This document shows positions 38,473-48,367 of a stretch of DNA of 64,000 nucleotides, piece by piece. Each line of letters begins with the position of its first letter. Within the stretch, counting starts at the first letter, position 1. This DNA is from an uncultured Thermoanaerobaculia bacterium (lineage in GTDB: Bacteria; Acidobacteriota; UBA4820; DSQY01): positions 39,260 through 103,259 of the forward strand of contig CAZDOY010000007.1 of NCBI GenBank assembly GCA_964507185.1. The letters are read 5' to 3'. The position numbers and the translations under genes were made by a program. A model generated the notes under the pieces. That model did not search any database. It had not been told where the DNA came from and saw nothing but the letters and a program-made list of their open reading frames with translations.

Positions 38473-38872
38473 AGCCGTCTCCTATCTTGCAAAGAAGGTT
38501 ACTGGGCAGCCGGCAAGGCTTCCCGTTCAGATCCGTGGATGCGTGTTCCGTGCGCCCCGAGGCGAGGAGAACCTCGCCGGGCGCGCGGAGGATGTCGTAC
38601 TCGAATGCGAAGCGCACCCCGTTAGCCTGGACAAGGCGGGCCTTGACCAGTACTTCGTCGTCGTACCGGGCCGGCTGTCGGTATCGCAGGCTGATGGCGA
38701 GGACCGGCATCCTGATGCCCCGATCCTCGAGCGAGCGGTAAGGAACGCCTCGAACGCGCAGGTATTCTGTTCGCGCCACCTCCATCCAGGCGAGATAGGC
38801 AGAGTGGTGCACGACGCCCATCTGGTCTGTTTCAACGTAACGTACGCGCAATGTAGTCGAAGTCTCAGGCAT
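38459..38872 (-). CDS. acyl-CoA thioesterase, YbgC/4HBT hotdog family
   Basis: ...YVETDQMGVVHHSAYLAWMEVARTEYL... hotdog-fold signature. Confidence 0.75.
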   Translation of the reverse strand: MPETSTTLRVRYVETDQMGVVHHSAYLAWMEVARTEYLRVRGVPYRSLEDRGIRMPVLAISLRYRQPARYDDEVLVKARLVQANGVRFAFEYDILRAPGEVLLASGRTEHASTDLNGKPCRLPSNLLCKIGDGCEKR

Positions 38873-39533
38873 GAAGAAGGTCCCTCAGGGATTCGGCGGC
38901 GGCGGCGGGATCCGGCCGGCCGAAGATCGAGGAGCCGGAAACGAACCAGTCGGCGCCCGCTTCCAGGAGCGGGGGCAGCGTATCTTCGGCCACGCCCCCG
39001 TCCACCTCCACGGCCGTCTCGAGACCTCGTTCCCGGATCATCCGCTTCAGCGCGCGGATCTTGTCCAGCGCGAGAGGAAGGAATTTTTGACCGCCGAATC
39101 CGGGGTTGACGCTCATGACCAGAACATAATCGACGTCATTGAGGATCACGTCAAGGGTCTCGATGGGCGTGGCCGGATTGAGCGCCACACCCGCCTTCAT
39201 GCCGTGCTCCTTGATGTTCTGAATGGTCCGGTGCAGGTGGGGGCACGCTTCCTGATGAACCGAGAGGAAGTCGGCCCCGGCCGAGGCGAAATTTTCGACG
39301 TAACGATCCGGCGCCTCGATCATGAGGTGACAGTCCACCGGGAGCTTCGTGTGGGGCTTCAGTGCCTTGACCACGATCGGTCCCATGGTGATGTTAGGAA
39401 CGAAATGGCCGTCCATGACGTCCACGTGGATCAACCCGCTGAAGGGTTCGACCCGTGCCACCTGGTCCGCGAGGCGGGAGAAGTCGGCGGACAGGATGCT
39501 GGGTGCGAGCCATTTTTCTGGGTGTCCGGACAT
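38865..39533 (-). CDS. rpe: ribulose-phosphate 3-epimerase
   Basis: ...ILSADFSRLADQV...HVDVMDGHFVPNITMGP...MSVNPGFGGQKF... Confidence 0.9.
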   Translation of the reverse strand: MSGHPEKWLAPSILSADFSRLADQVARVEPFSGLIHVDVMDGHFVPNITMGPIVVKALKPHTKLPVDCHLMIEAPDRYVENFASAGADFLSVHQEACPHLHRTIQNIKEHGMKAGVALNPATPIETLDVILNDVDYVLVMSVNPGFGGQKFLPLALDKIRALKRMIRERGLETAVEVDGGVAEDTLPPLLEAGADWFVSGSSIFGRPDPAAAAESLRDLLHA

Positions 39534-40237
39534 CAGCGGCTCACCATCAACTGCACGAGATCGTTCCTCCCGAGGGGCTTTCCCGCATCGGGTATCTGCC
39601 CCACGATGGTACCCGAGGGCACGCCGCCGCCGCCCACCGCGCGGGCCGGACCGACGGAGATGGCATAGAGTTTGAGATCGTTTCGAACGTTCTCGTAGCT
39701 TTGCCCGTAAAGATCGGGCATGACGAAAACGGGTGGAGGGGCCCCGAGATCGACCAGGAGGGAAACCTCAGAATCCCTGGGAACCACGGTCCCGGCCGGC
39801 GGGTTCTGGCTTGCAACGAGAGGGGCGGACGCGACCCCATGATAATAAGAGGTCGCGTTAAGCTGGAGTCCCGCCTGCTGGGCCTGCAGCTGGGCCTCTT
39901 CCATGCGCATCCCCACCAGGTTAGGCATGGTCACTGTCTCGATACCCTTGCTCACGACTGCGGAAAGGGTCATGCCCTTGCGCGCGGTCATCCCCGGTGC
40001 TGGACTCTGTTCGATGACGCAGTTCTTTTTCTGGCGGAGGTCGTACCGTTCGGACAGGACCTTGAACACGAGGTGGGCCCGTTGGGCCTGCCATTGCGCC
40101 TGCTCCTGCGACAGGCCCACGACGGGCGGAACGGTGGTTCCGCTGCTGAACAGCGATACGCGGATCAGCAGGTACGTTCCCGCTGCGACCCCCAGTCCGA
40201 AAACGAAAAGGTACAACATCCATCTCACGAAACGCAT
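39533..40237 (-). CDS. membrane-anchored protein with two PASTA domains, no kinase or transpeptidase domain (234 aa)
   Basis: MRFVRWMLYLFVFGLGVAAGTYLLI (TM) then VTMPNLVGMRMEEAQLQAQQAGLQL and FVMPDLYGQSYENVRNDLK PASTA-like blocks. Confidence 0.6.
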   Translation of the reverse strand: MRFVRWMLYLFVFGLGVAAGTYLLIRVSLFSSGTTVPPVVGLSQEQAQWQAQRAHLVFKVLSERYDLRQKKNCVIEQSPAPGMTARKGMTLSAVVSKGIETVTMPNLVGMRMEEAQLQAQQAGLQLNATSYYHGVASAPLVASQNPPAGTVVPRDSEVSLLVDLGAPPPVFVMPDLYGQSYENVRNDLKLYAISVGPARAVGGGGVPSGTIVGQIPDAGKPLGRNDLVQLMVSR

Positions 40238-40369
40238 GGAGCCCTCCGACCCGCGCCAGTTTACCATAAAGTCCTGTTGCCGCCGGGGTCCTTCGCCTGT
40301 TGGACGGGACTCCGGGTGAGCGGCCGATCCAGCCGCCTGTATGCGCGTCGGTGCCATGTCCGGTGTCCG

Positions 40370-40500
40370 GTGATCGGTGCTCAGTTCGGGGGTGGACCTT
40401 CGAAGGTTCGCCCCTCTGTCGTTCTATGTAGCGTCCGATGGCAATCGGCTGCAGCGAAGGACGACCCTCTTCCGTCTTCAAATCCCAAATTCGAAATCTC
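40370..40500 (+). repeat. intergenic repeat family, copy C in PASTA / accD divergent region
   Basis: gtgatcggtgctcagttcgggggtggaCCTTCGAAGGttcgcccc ... tcaaatcccaaattcgaaatc. Confidence 0.5.
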
Positions 40501-40572
40501 CATCGGTCCTCTTCCGGAGGCCATTTGTCGCCGTCCAGCCTTTTCGTTATACTCCCCAGGGAGAATTTGAAG

Positions 40573-41433
40573 ATGTGGTTCCGCCAGAAGAAAAAACCGG
40601 AGGTCCAGGACGGAGAGGAGCGCTCCGTAAGAGTACCCGAAGGGCTCTGGACCAAGTGCGATTCCTGCGGACAGATCATGTTTTCCCAGATCATTGAAGA
40701 GAACAACAGGGTCTGCCCCAAGTGTAACTACCACTTCAGGATTTCCGCCCCCCAGCGGCTCCAGTCCCTTTTCGACGAGGGAGCCTACGAGGAGTTCGAC
40801 GAGGCCATCGAACCCGTGGATTCCCTGAAGTTCAAGGATATCAAGCGCTATTCGGACCGCATCTCGCAATACCAGAAAAGCGTTGGAACAAAAGACGCCG
40901 TTATCAATGCCTCCGGAACGGTGGGCGCCATGAAGGTCATCATATCCTGCATGGAGTACGCCTTTATGGGTGGGTCGATGGGAAGCGTGGTGGGGGAGAA
41001 GATCACGCGGGCCGCCGAGCGGGCGCTCTCGGACGGTGTGCCCCTCATCGTCATCTCCTGCTCCGGCGGGGCGAGGATGCAGGAATCGGTGCAGTCCCTC
41101 ATGCAGATGGGAAAGGTATCCGCCGCGCTCGGTCGCCTCCACGAGGCCAGGATTCCCTTCATCTCCGTGATGACCGATCCGACAACGGGCGGCGTGACGG
41201 CGTCCTTTGCCATGTTGGGCGACGTGAACATCGCCGAACCGAAAGCGCTGATCGGGTTCGCGGGACCTCGCGTCATTGAGCAGACCATTCGCCAGAAGCT
41301 GCCCGAGGGCTTCCAGCGGTCCGAATTCCTCCTGGAAAAGGGCTTTCTCGACCTGGTGGTCCACAGGAGCCTGATGCGCGAAACCCTGAAGGGCCTCCTC
41401 GCGTTCTTTACGGGGCAGACTCCATCTGAATGA
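40573..41433 (+). CDS. accD: acetyl-CoA carboxylase carboxyltransferase subunit beta (286 aa)
   Basis: [39 protein letters not shown]...CPKCNYH zinc finger and CT domain. Confidence 0.9.
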   Translation: MWFRQKKKPEVQDGEERSVRVPEGLWTKCDSCGQIMFSQIIEENNRVCPKCNYHFRISAPQRLQSLFDEGAYEEFDEAIEPVDSLKFKDIKRYSDRISQYQKSVGTKDAVINASGTVGAMKVIISCMEYAFMGGSMGSVVGEKITRAAERALSDGVPLIVISCSGGARMQESVQSLMQMGKVSAALGRLHEARIPFISVMTDPTTGGVTASFAMLGDVNIAEPKALIGFAGPRVIEQTIRQKLPEGFQRSEFLLEKGFLDLVVHRSLMRETLKGLLAFFTGQTPSE

Positions 41434-42725
41434 ACTACGCACAGTCCCTGCGCTATCTCGATTCTCTCATCGAGTTCGGCGTCAAGACCGGCATTGAGCA
41501 CACGGCCCGTCTCGCGGCGCAGATGGGAAACCCCCAAGACGAATTTCCGAGTCTTCTCCTCGCCGGAACGAACGGCAAGGGATCGACGTCGGCTTTCCTG
41601 GCAACCATACTGGCAAAGGCGGGCTACAGGACGGGGCTCTACACGTCGCCGCACCTTGTCAACGTGGAAGAACGCATAGCGGTGGGCGGCCGCCCCATCA
41701 GCAGGACGTGCTTTTCAGAGTCGATGACCCGCGTCAGGGAGGCGGCGGAGAATGCCATTTCGGCAGGCCTCGTGGAGGGACAGCCCACCTACTTCGAAAG
41801 CCTGACGCTCGCCTGCTTCGACCACTTCAACCGGTCCCGAATCGATATCGGCGTTCTTGAGGTCGGCCTGGGCGGCAGGCTGGACTGCACCAACATCGTC
41901 CATCCCATCCTCACGGGGGTGACCAATGTCGGACTGGACCACGAGCAGTATCTCGGGTACGGCCTGGCCACCATCGCGAAGGAAAAAGCGGGCATCTTCA
42001 AACCCAGGGTGCCCGCCCTGACGGCAGCCGATAGACCGGTTGTCCTGGACGTCCTGAGGCGCGAAGCCTTCAAGGCCGGCACGACCCTGAGCCCTCAGGA
42101 CGGTTCGATTGAGACGGACGTGGGTGTGTGGCGGCTCATCGATGGTGAGGGCACCATGGAGCTGCCCTATCCATCGGTGCCCGGCCGGCATCAGCTGACA
42201 AACGCCACGCTGGCGGTCAGGTGCTGCCGGGTGCTGCGCTCCAAGGGATGGCGCATAGACGACGAGGCCATCCGATCCGGCATCGCGGAGACAAGATGGC
42301 CCGGCCGGCTGGAGCGCGTGGCCGACGCGCCCGATACTTATCTCGACGGTGCGCACAATCCCGACGGGTGCGAAATCCTGGCGGAATTTGTCCGGGGGCT
42401 CCCCCATCCGAGAAAGGCCCTCGTCTTCACCGCCATGAGGGACAAGCCGTTGAATGCCATGTCGTCCCGCTTGTTTCCGGAATTCGGGGCCGTCTGGGCG
42501 ACGTCCCTCCCCATGGACAGGAGTTGCACTCCAGAGGAAATCCTGGCCGGCTCCGGGCGCCGGAATCTCATGCTTGACGGTGACCCTTTGTCCGCCATGG
42601 AAAAAGCCCGGACGTGGGCCGGAGAAGGCGGCCTCGTCATCGCGGCGGGGAGTCTCTATCTGGTCGGGTACCTTGAAGCGGTCCTCGGCGGGTTGTCTCG
42701 TGCGTCCTGGGGCAGCGGCCTGTGA
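41430..42725 (+). CDS. folC: bifunctional folylpolyglutamate synthase / dihydrofolate synthase
   Basis: ...[35 protein letters not shown]... Mur-ligase fold; ATGA overlap with accD (conserved accD-folC linkage). Confidence 0.85.
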   Translation: MNYAQSLRYLDSLIEFGVKTGIEHTARLAAQMGNPQDEFPSLLLAGTNGKGSTSAFLATILAKAGYRTGLYTSPHLVNVEERIAVGGRPISRTCFSESMTRVREAAENAISAGLVEGQPTYFESLTLACFDHFNRSRIDIGVLEVGLGGRLDCTNIVHPILTGVTNVGLDHEQYLGYGLATIAKEKAGIFKPRVPALTAADRPVVLDVLRREAFKAGTTLSPQDGSIETDVGVWRLIDGEGTMELPYPSVPGRHQLTNATLAVRCCRVLRSKGWRIDDEAIRSGIAETRWPGRLERVADAPDTYLDGAHNPDGCEILAEFVRGLPHPRKALVFTAMRDKPLNAMSSRLFPEFGAVWATSLPMDRSCTPEEILAGSGRRNLMLDGDPLSAMEKARTWAGEGGLVIAAGSLYLVGYLEAVLGGLSRASWGSGL

Positions 42726-42820
42726 TACCCCATTCCTGGTGTATTGCCGACTTCGTCCCCCGGCAAAACACTGCAGGCGTGCCGTTCTTCAGGGGGCTGT
42801 CCCGTCTTGCCGGCGAGTTC

Positions 42821-43654
42821 TTAAACCAGGAAGACTCCGGCCATCGCGCAGGCGCTCGTTTCGTCCGGCCTCAACCGCCGGGGCTCCTCCACCATGACGC
42901 GGGTTCCCAGGAGACGAACGACCGTCCTGACCTCTTCCAGGTCGTCAGCCTTGAAATGGAAGACGAACCCGCGACCGGATCTCTCGACCTTCTGTTCCTC
43001 GCACATTTGTAGGTCCGCCACCCAATCCTCCGTCTTCTTGAACCGGATCGTCACGTGATGCCTTGTTCCGGATCGGATCCAGCCTCCGGAAGACCGGACT
43101 CTCTCGTCGCCGAATGGGGAGGGCTCCTGCATCTCGGGGCCCGGTTCCGCCCTCGAGATCGTCGAAACGGGGATATTCATGAGGGCGTCGGAGTCTGTGC
43201 GGGATGCGAACAGGTAGAGATCCCCGCGAAGCCGTGAGAAAAAATACGGGCGAATGTTGCGTGCGACCATCGTATCGCGAGGCCCCAGCAGCGATACGGT
43301 GAGGGTTCGACCTTCGTAGAGGGCGTGGTGCACGATTTCTAGGTTCCGCCGCACCGCCTCCATCGAGAAGGTCCTGGATGCCGGGCTGAGCGCATAAGGA
43401 CGGCAGGTGACGTCCGCGGCGAAGTCGACCGGAGCCACCGGGAGAGCGTAATAATACCCCCGATCCTGATCGTGCGCGATGGGCAGCCCCATTCTCTGCT
43501 TCATGAAGGCCAGGTCCCTGCATACGGTCCTCACCGTGACGCCCAGCTTCTTGGAGATGGAATCGAGCGTGTGCCGTCCCTCGGCGCGCAGCAGCACATC
43601 TATGACGGCGACCCGCTTTCTGGTGGCTTTGAAACGAACCGGTGGCATGTGCAC
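42821..43654 (-). CDS. WYL-domain transcriptional regulator (HTH + WYL + C-terminal domain), paralog 1
   Basis: MPPVRFKATRKRVAVIDVLLRAEGRHTLDSISKKLGVTVRTVCRDLAFMKQRMGLPIAHDQDRGYYYALP; clear paralog of 45751-46602. Confidence 0.7.
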   Translation of the reverse strand: MHMPPVRFKATRKRVAVIDVLLRAEGRHTLDSISKKLGVTVRTVCRDLAFMKQRMGLPIAHDQDRGYYYALPVAPVDFAADVTCRPYALSPASRTFSMEAVRRNLEIVHHALYEGRTLTVSLLGPRDTMVARNIRPYFFSRLRGDLYLFASRTDSDALMNIPVSTISRAEPGPEMQEPSPFGDERVRSSGGWIRSGTRHHVTIRFKKTEDWVADLQMCEEQKVERSGRGFVFHFKADDLEEVRTVVRLLGTRVMVEEPRRLRPDETSACAMAGVFLV

Positions 43655-43906
43655 GACCTCCTTCCGAGAAAGCAGAATGGAGCATGATGCGTGCCACGTG
43701 GCCGAATCTCAGTATCTGTTGTTAATCAAAGAGTTAGAGGTGACCTGGCGCATCCCGTCGTTAACGCGTGAACGACGAAGTGTAAAGTTCCCTTAACATT
43801 TTGCATTACCGTGGGTGCAATTCGGGAGGTGGAGTCGGGCGGCGCGGTGTTGTCGCGCGTGTGCAGTCTTCGATCCGCCTGTCTGATTTGGCGCTCCACG
43901 GCCGGA

Positions 43907-45589
43907 TCAGGTCCGCTTGAAGTCTCGTGCGCGGATGCCCAGAGTTCGAAGATATTTGGAAAGGGTCTGCCGCGTCACGCCCAGCAGGTCGGCCGCCCGG
44001 GTCACGTTGCCTCCGGTGCTGGCGAGCGCCTCTCTGATCGCCGTCGCCTCGGCCGCCCTGCGGCGAACTTCCATCCGCACGCCCGGGGCGTTTTTTGTTT
44101 CGGCAAGCCAGGCACGAACCTGGGGCGACAGGTGACGGGTCTGGATGATTCCGCCGGAATCCGCGAGGTGGTAGGCCCTCTTCAGCTCCATCTTCAACTC
44201 TCGCACGTTGCCCGGCCACCCGTATTCCGTGACCGCCCGGAAGGCCTCCAGAGAGAGGCCCTGGACGTCCCTGGCCGAGGAGGCTTCGTTCTCCTCCAGA
44301 AAGAGATCCACGAGCGGCGGGATCCAGCGCCTCCTCTCCCGCAGGGGGGGGATGCGGACCTCTGCTCCGCGCAGCCTGTAGTAGAGGTCCTCGCGAAACT
44401 CACCGCGCCGGATGGCCTTTTCGAGGTTCTGATTGGTGGCCGAAAGCCAGCGCACTTTGAGCGGCACTGCGGCCCGGCTGCCCAAGGGGTATATCTTCGA
44501 GTCCTCCAGAACCCTCAGCAGTTTCGCCTGTATGTGCAGTGGAATCTCTCCGACCTCATCAAGGAGAACGGTGCCTTCGTTCGCCGTTTCCAGTTTGCCT
44601 CGGCGACCCAGGACACCGGTGGCCGTGTTCGGCTGGATGCCGAACAGTTCGCTCTCGAAGAGCGCCTCCGGTATCGCTGCGCAGTGGATGACCTGGAAAG
44701 GGGCCTGTTGGCCCATGGAAAGCTGGTGGATCGCCCGGGCCAGGACTTCCTTCCCTACGCCCGTTTCGCCCGTGATCAGAATGGGCAGGTCGCTTGCAAC
44801 GAGCCTCTCGACCTCTTCCCACGGGCCGTCCAGACCGACAAGCGAAGGCGGCTTCGGGTTCCGTCCGCCCTGCGGCTCGGCACCGATCTGCCTGGTGGCA
44901 CCTACCCGGACCTGAACGGCCTCCAGGATGTTCAGGAGGGTCGGCAAAACCGATTCGGTTTCTTCCCCGCCGCCCGTCCAGCGACAGGTCCATGTCCCCC
45001 GGACGCCTTCCAGATCGATGGATTCCGCCTGTTCCGGCGCGGTGCGCCACAATCCGGGGAGAACGCACCGTTCTTTACCGTCGCCGCGCTGTATGATCTC
45101 GAGATCCGACAGTCCCAGGATCCTCCGCCACCGGTTTCCCCAATCGCGACTTTCCGTGTAGGCGCGGATGCACGCATTGAGAATGCCTGCGGAACCCGCT
45201 TTTGATGAGAATGATGCCGCATCCGGGCTCTCGCCGGTGTGCATCCTGGCCGGAAGGGACGGAGACAGGCCTCCGGGAGTCCGCCAGTCCAGGGTCGATT
45301 CCTTTTGGACGAAAATCCAGACGGAACCGAGGGTCAGTCGGTCGCCCTCTTCGAGCCGGTCGTGGTCGAGACGCTTGCCCTCCCGGCTCACGCCCAGGCG
45401 GGAATCGCAGTCCCGAACGTAAAGTTCACGGCCCTGTTCCCCGGCGAGCATGAACTCGCAATGTCTCCGGCTGATCCCCGGCACGGGCAGAATCACGTCG
45501 TTTGAAGGATCCCGGCCCACACTGAGAAAATTCTTGGTGACGGGGACGGACAAACCGTGCGCTTCACAATGAAAGCGAAGGACCCACAT
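43907..45589 (-). CDS. FHA-domain / AAA+ (sigma-54-interaction type) / Fis-HTH enhancer-binding-type regulator with degenerate GAFTGA loop
   Basis: N-term FLSVGRDPSNDVILPVPGISRRHCEFMLAGEQGRELYVRDCDSRLGVSREGKRL (FHA); ILITGETGVGKEVLARAIH (Walker A); ESELFGIQPNTATGV where canonical ESELFGHEKGAFTGA is expected; C-term ...GNVTRAADLLGVTRQTLSKYLR. Confidence 0.8.
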   Translation of the reverse strand: MWVLRFHCEAHGLSVPVTKNFLSVGRDPSNDVILPVPGISRRHCEFMLAGEQGRELYVRDCDSRLGVSREGKRLDHDRLEEGDRLTLGSVWIFVQKESTLDWRTPGGLSPSLPARMHTGESPDAASFSSKAGSAGILNACIRAYTESRDWGNRWRRILGLSDLEIIQRGDGKERCVLPGLWRTAPEQAESIDLEGVRGTWTCRWTGGGEETESVLPTLLNILEAVQVRVGATRQIGAEPQGGRNPKPPSLVGLDGPWEEVERLVASDLPILITGETGVGKEVLARAIHQLSMGQQAPFQVIHCAAIPEALFESELFGIQPNTATGVLGRRGKLETANEGTVLLDEVGEIPLHIQAKLLRVLEDSKIYPLGSRAAVPLKVRWLSATNQNLEKAIRRGEFREDLYYRLRGAEVRIPPLRERRRWIPPLVDLFLEENEASSARDVQGLSLEAFRAVTEYGWPGNVRELKMELKRAYHLADSGGIIQTRHLSPQVRAWLAETKNAPGVRMEVRRRAAEATAIREALASTGGNVTRAADLLGVTRQTLSKYLRTLGIRARDFKRT

Positions 45590-45750
45590 GTACTCCCCCG
45601 ATTCTTGATGGCAAAGGGGACCCCGGCCGGCGGCCGCAGTTCCATACTCTTCAGTTTAGCACAGGGCCGCGCCGTGCCCGGGTCAATCCTCGCCCAGGGT
45701 CGGCGTTCTCCACGACGCTGAGACCGGACGGAGACTTCTCCCCGAGACGG

Positions 45751-46602
45751 TCAAGGCCGGTCGCCCTCCGGCCGGGCGAAGTTGTAGGCTCGCAGCATTC
45801 TCAGCAGATGGAACCGGAGCAGCGATCTCAGGATTGCCGGTTCTTCGACCGTTACGGTGTCTCCCAGGAAGAAGACCAGCCGCCTGACCGCCTCGAGATC
45901 GTCGGTGCGGAATCGGATCGTGATGTGAGAGGTGGTCGTTTCGACCACCTGTCCGTCGGCCATCTGTAGGTCCCGGGCCCATGCCGGGGAAGAGGGGAAT
46001 CGGAGACTGACCTTATAGAGAGAACCGCTCTTGATCCAGCCCTCGCCATCCTTGACCTTGATCTCGCTCAGAGGCGGATCGAGGAATCTGTCGGCGAGGA
46101 CCGCGACCTTGCTCAAATTCTGCACGGGTATGTTGACGAGTTCGCGGCGATCCGGGCGATAGGCGAAGAGGGTCAGGCGCGACGCGACGCGGGAAAGAAA
46201 GTGGGGGTGCAGGATCCACGAAACATCCTCGCCGCCTTCCCCTGCGATTGTTACGGTGATCTTCTTCTGCCCGTACAGGGCGGAGTGTATCTTCTCGAGA
46301 ATTGCCACCGTGTCACGGGAACTCTGCCGCATGGGACGCTTCGGCGGCGCGCTTCTGAAGTCCCGGTTTTCCGTGTCCTCGAGGGGGGGCACGGGCAGGG
46401 CGTAGTGGTACCCCCTGCCGTAGCTGTGTTCGATGGGCAGGCCCATTTCCTCCTTCATGTAGGAGATGTCCCGGCAGACGGTCCGCTGGGTCACCATCAG
46501 GGCCTCGGCCAGGCTGGCCAGGGTATTGGACGTATTTGATCGAAGCAGCCGGTCGATCTTGCTGGCGCGCTTCTGGACGGATTTGTATTTTACGGGTGCC
46601 AT
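45751..46602 (-). CDS. WYL-domain transcriptional regulator, paralog 2 (283 aa)
   Basis: MAPVKYKSVQKRASKIDRLLRSNTSNTLASLAEALMVTQRTVCRDISYMKEEMGLPIEHSYGRGYHYALP; GGAGG SD before ATG 46602. Confidence 0.7.
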   Translation of the reverse strand: MAPVKYKSVQKRASKIDRLLRSNTSNTLASLAEALMVTQRTVCRDISYMKEEMGLPIEHSYGRGYHYALPVPPLEDTENRDFRSAPPKRPMRQSSRDTVAILEKIHSALYGQKKITVTIAGEGGEDVSWILHPHFLSRVASRLTLFAYRPDRRELVNIPVQNLSKVAVLADRFLDPPLSEIKVKDGEGWIKSGSLYKVSLRFPSSPAWARDLQMADGQVVETTTSHITIRFRTDDLEAVRRLVFFLGDTVTVEEPAILRSLLRFHLLRMLRAYNFARPEGDRP

Positions 46603-46810
46603 GGTTACCTCCAGGTGCTTATCCAGCAAGGTTGTTGCCTGACGCGCCAAGGCTGATAAGACCTTTATCGTCATGTAGTTAAGCCCTGTGGCTGCGTCCG
46701 TGCGGCCTCTCTCCAAAGGCGCCCACATCCATATAGTAGAGATAAGCCTCTTAATTTCAAGAGATTGAACTGTCGTTCGTGGTTGACGTACGGAACCGCC
46801 GCCGAACGGC

Positions 46811-47314
46811 TCAGCGCTCGAAGCCGAGGACGCCGACGTAGTGCCGGATTTCCGGGTCCGCGTTCCCCCGGCGGAACATGACTGACACAACATCGCCCCG
46901 CAGTCGGGAGAGCGAATGGCCGTTTCTCCGGCAGTAAATCTGTCCGGCGAGCAGAACCCGCCTTCGCTTTCTGGCGGTTACGGCCTGGGCGGGTGTGCCG
47001 AACCTGACAGAGCGCCTGGCCTTGACCTCGATCACGACGATCAGCCCTTCGTGTGCGGCCAGTATGTCGGCCTCTCCGCCTTTCACGCTGTAGTTTCTCG
47101 CCAGGACTCGGTATCCTTTGTTCTCAAGGTGGCGTGCTGCGAGCCTTTCACCCAGGGCGCCGATCTTCCCGGGGGCCACCCTCACCTTCAGCTTTTCCAG
47201 AAGGCGTCCGAGCCACTCCGATTTGACGCCCGGGATGAACCGGGTGCCGGGGTGCCTTTGGAAAGAGCGCGCCCGCTTGCTCCCGGACTGCCTGAGAAGC
47301 GTCATGCGAATCAA
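46811..47314 (-). CDS. yraN: YraN/UPF0102-family protein (PD-(D/E)xK nuclease-like fold)
   Basis: ...GERLAARHLENKGYRVLARNYSVKGGEADILAAHEGLIVVIEVKARR... matches UPF0102 core. Confidence 0.65.
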   Translation of the reverse strand: MIRMTLLRQSGSKRARSFQRHPGTRFIPGVKSEWLGRLLEKLKVRVAPGKIGALGERLAARHLENKGYRVLARNYSVKGGEADILAAHEGLIVVIEVKARRSVRFGTPAQAVTARKRRRVLLAGQIYCRRNGHSLSRLRGDVVSVMFRRGNADPEIRHYVGVLGFER

Positions 47315-47841
47315 TGCCCCCGCTGGCCTGGTGGCCTTCTGCCCTGAAAGCGGCGTCGCGGCCCTTCCCCGCCCCTCATCTGTTGCATGAGGTCCCGGCG
47401 CATGATGAGGAACTCTGCCTGCTGTCGTGGCGTGAGTCCGGCGAGGAGTCGGGACTCCAGGTCCCTCAATCGTTTCTCGAAGCTGGCCTGTTGGGCTTGG
47501 AAGTCGGCTACGTCCCGAGCCAGGACCTTGTCGGATGTTCTTCCGTCTTCGATGTGCGCCTGGATCCTGGACATGATATCCATCATCGCCTGCCGGTGGC
47601 GGGCGCGTTCCCCGTCGATGGCCTTGAGGACCTCCATCGCCTTGAGCGTTTGCGCATCCGTGAGAGACAGTGTTTCACGCATCCGCTGAATGAGGTATAG
47701 CCTCGCGATTTCCCGTCTGTGATGACCGTGCCCCTGCATCCGTTCGACGGGCGGAGCGGGGCCATCCGGTGGGGGCGCCTGGGCGGGGACACTCAGGCAG
47801 AAGGCGCTGAGAAGAAGTGCGAACAAGCAAGCTCTAACCAT
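47311..47841 (-). CDS. periplasmic Spy/CpxP-like (LTxxQ motif) protein
   Basis: signal peptide MVRACLFALLLSAFCLSVPAQA; LTDAQTLKA and LTPRQQAEF LTxxQ repeats. Confidence 0.55.
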   Translation of the reverse strand: MVRACLFALLLSAFCLSVPAQAPPPDGPAPPVERMQGHGHHRREIARLYLIQRMRETLSLTDAQTLKAMEVLKAIDGERARHRQAMMDIMSRIQAHIEDGRTSDKVLARDVADFQAQQASFEKRLRDLESRLLAGLTPRQQAEFLIMRRDLMQQMRGGEGPRRRFQGRRPPGQRGH

Positions 47842-48367
47842 TCCATCCTCCTGTGTCAACCGGACCGAGATAATCCTCGAGGTCTTCGGCCGACTGCTTT
47901 TCAACCTGGCCCCCCACGGATGATTCTGTAAGGTTTAGCAGCGCAACCGTCGAATCCTCGGTGGTCCCGTACGCCAGCGTGCCCAAACCTCGGCTCACGC
48001 TTTGCTGCTCCTTGATCGAGAGGTTCGCCTGGATCGACCGACCCGGGCTCTCGAGCCGGAGGACCGATAGCGAACCTGTCAGGCCGGCCGCCAGAATGAA
48101 CACCGCCGCCGCCGCTCGCCAGGGAAGGGATCTCGAAGTCCGCGCCCCGGGCTTTGTGGCCGCAGCAACCGTCTTGGCGATCAGCTTCGTCTCCCATTCC
48201 GCGTCCCGGGAGAGGACCGGTGACGCACCCGCCATCTCTGCACCCAGCGCCCGCAAATCATCGATCTCCCGCCGGCACCGGCCGCAGTGCTCGATGTGTT
48301 GCTTGACCTCGGCCGGCATGAGGCCGGAGCCGGTCAAAGCCAGCCTTACAGCTTGATCATGCGTCAC
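47834..48367 (-). CDS. membrane-spanning zinc-finger anti-sigma factor
   Basis: HIEHCGRCRRE (H-x3-C-x2-C ZAS motif), one TM (AAAVFILAAGLTGSL); overlaps upstream ECF sigma gene. Confidence 0.6.
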   Translation of the reverse strand: MTHDQAVRLALTGSGLMPAEVKQHIEHCGRCRREIDDLRALGAEMAGASPVLSRDAEWETKLIAKTVAAATKPGARTSRSLPWRAAAAVFILAAGLTGSLSVLRLESPGRSIQANLSIKEQQSVSRGLGTLAYGTTEDSTVALLNLTESSVGGQVEKQSAEDLEDYLGPVDTGGWNG

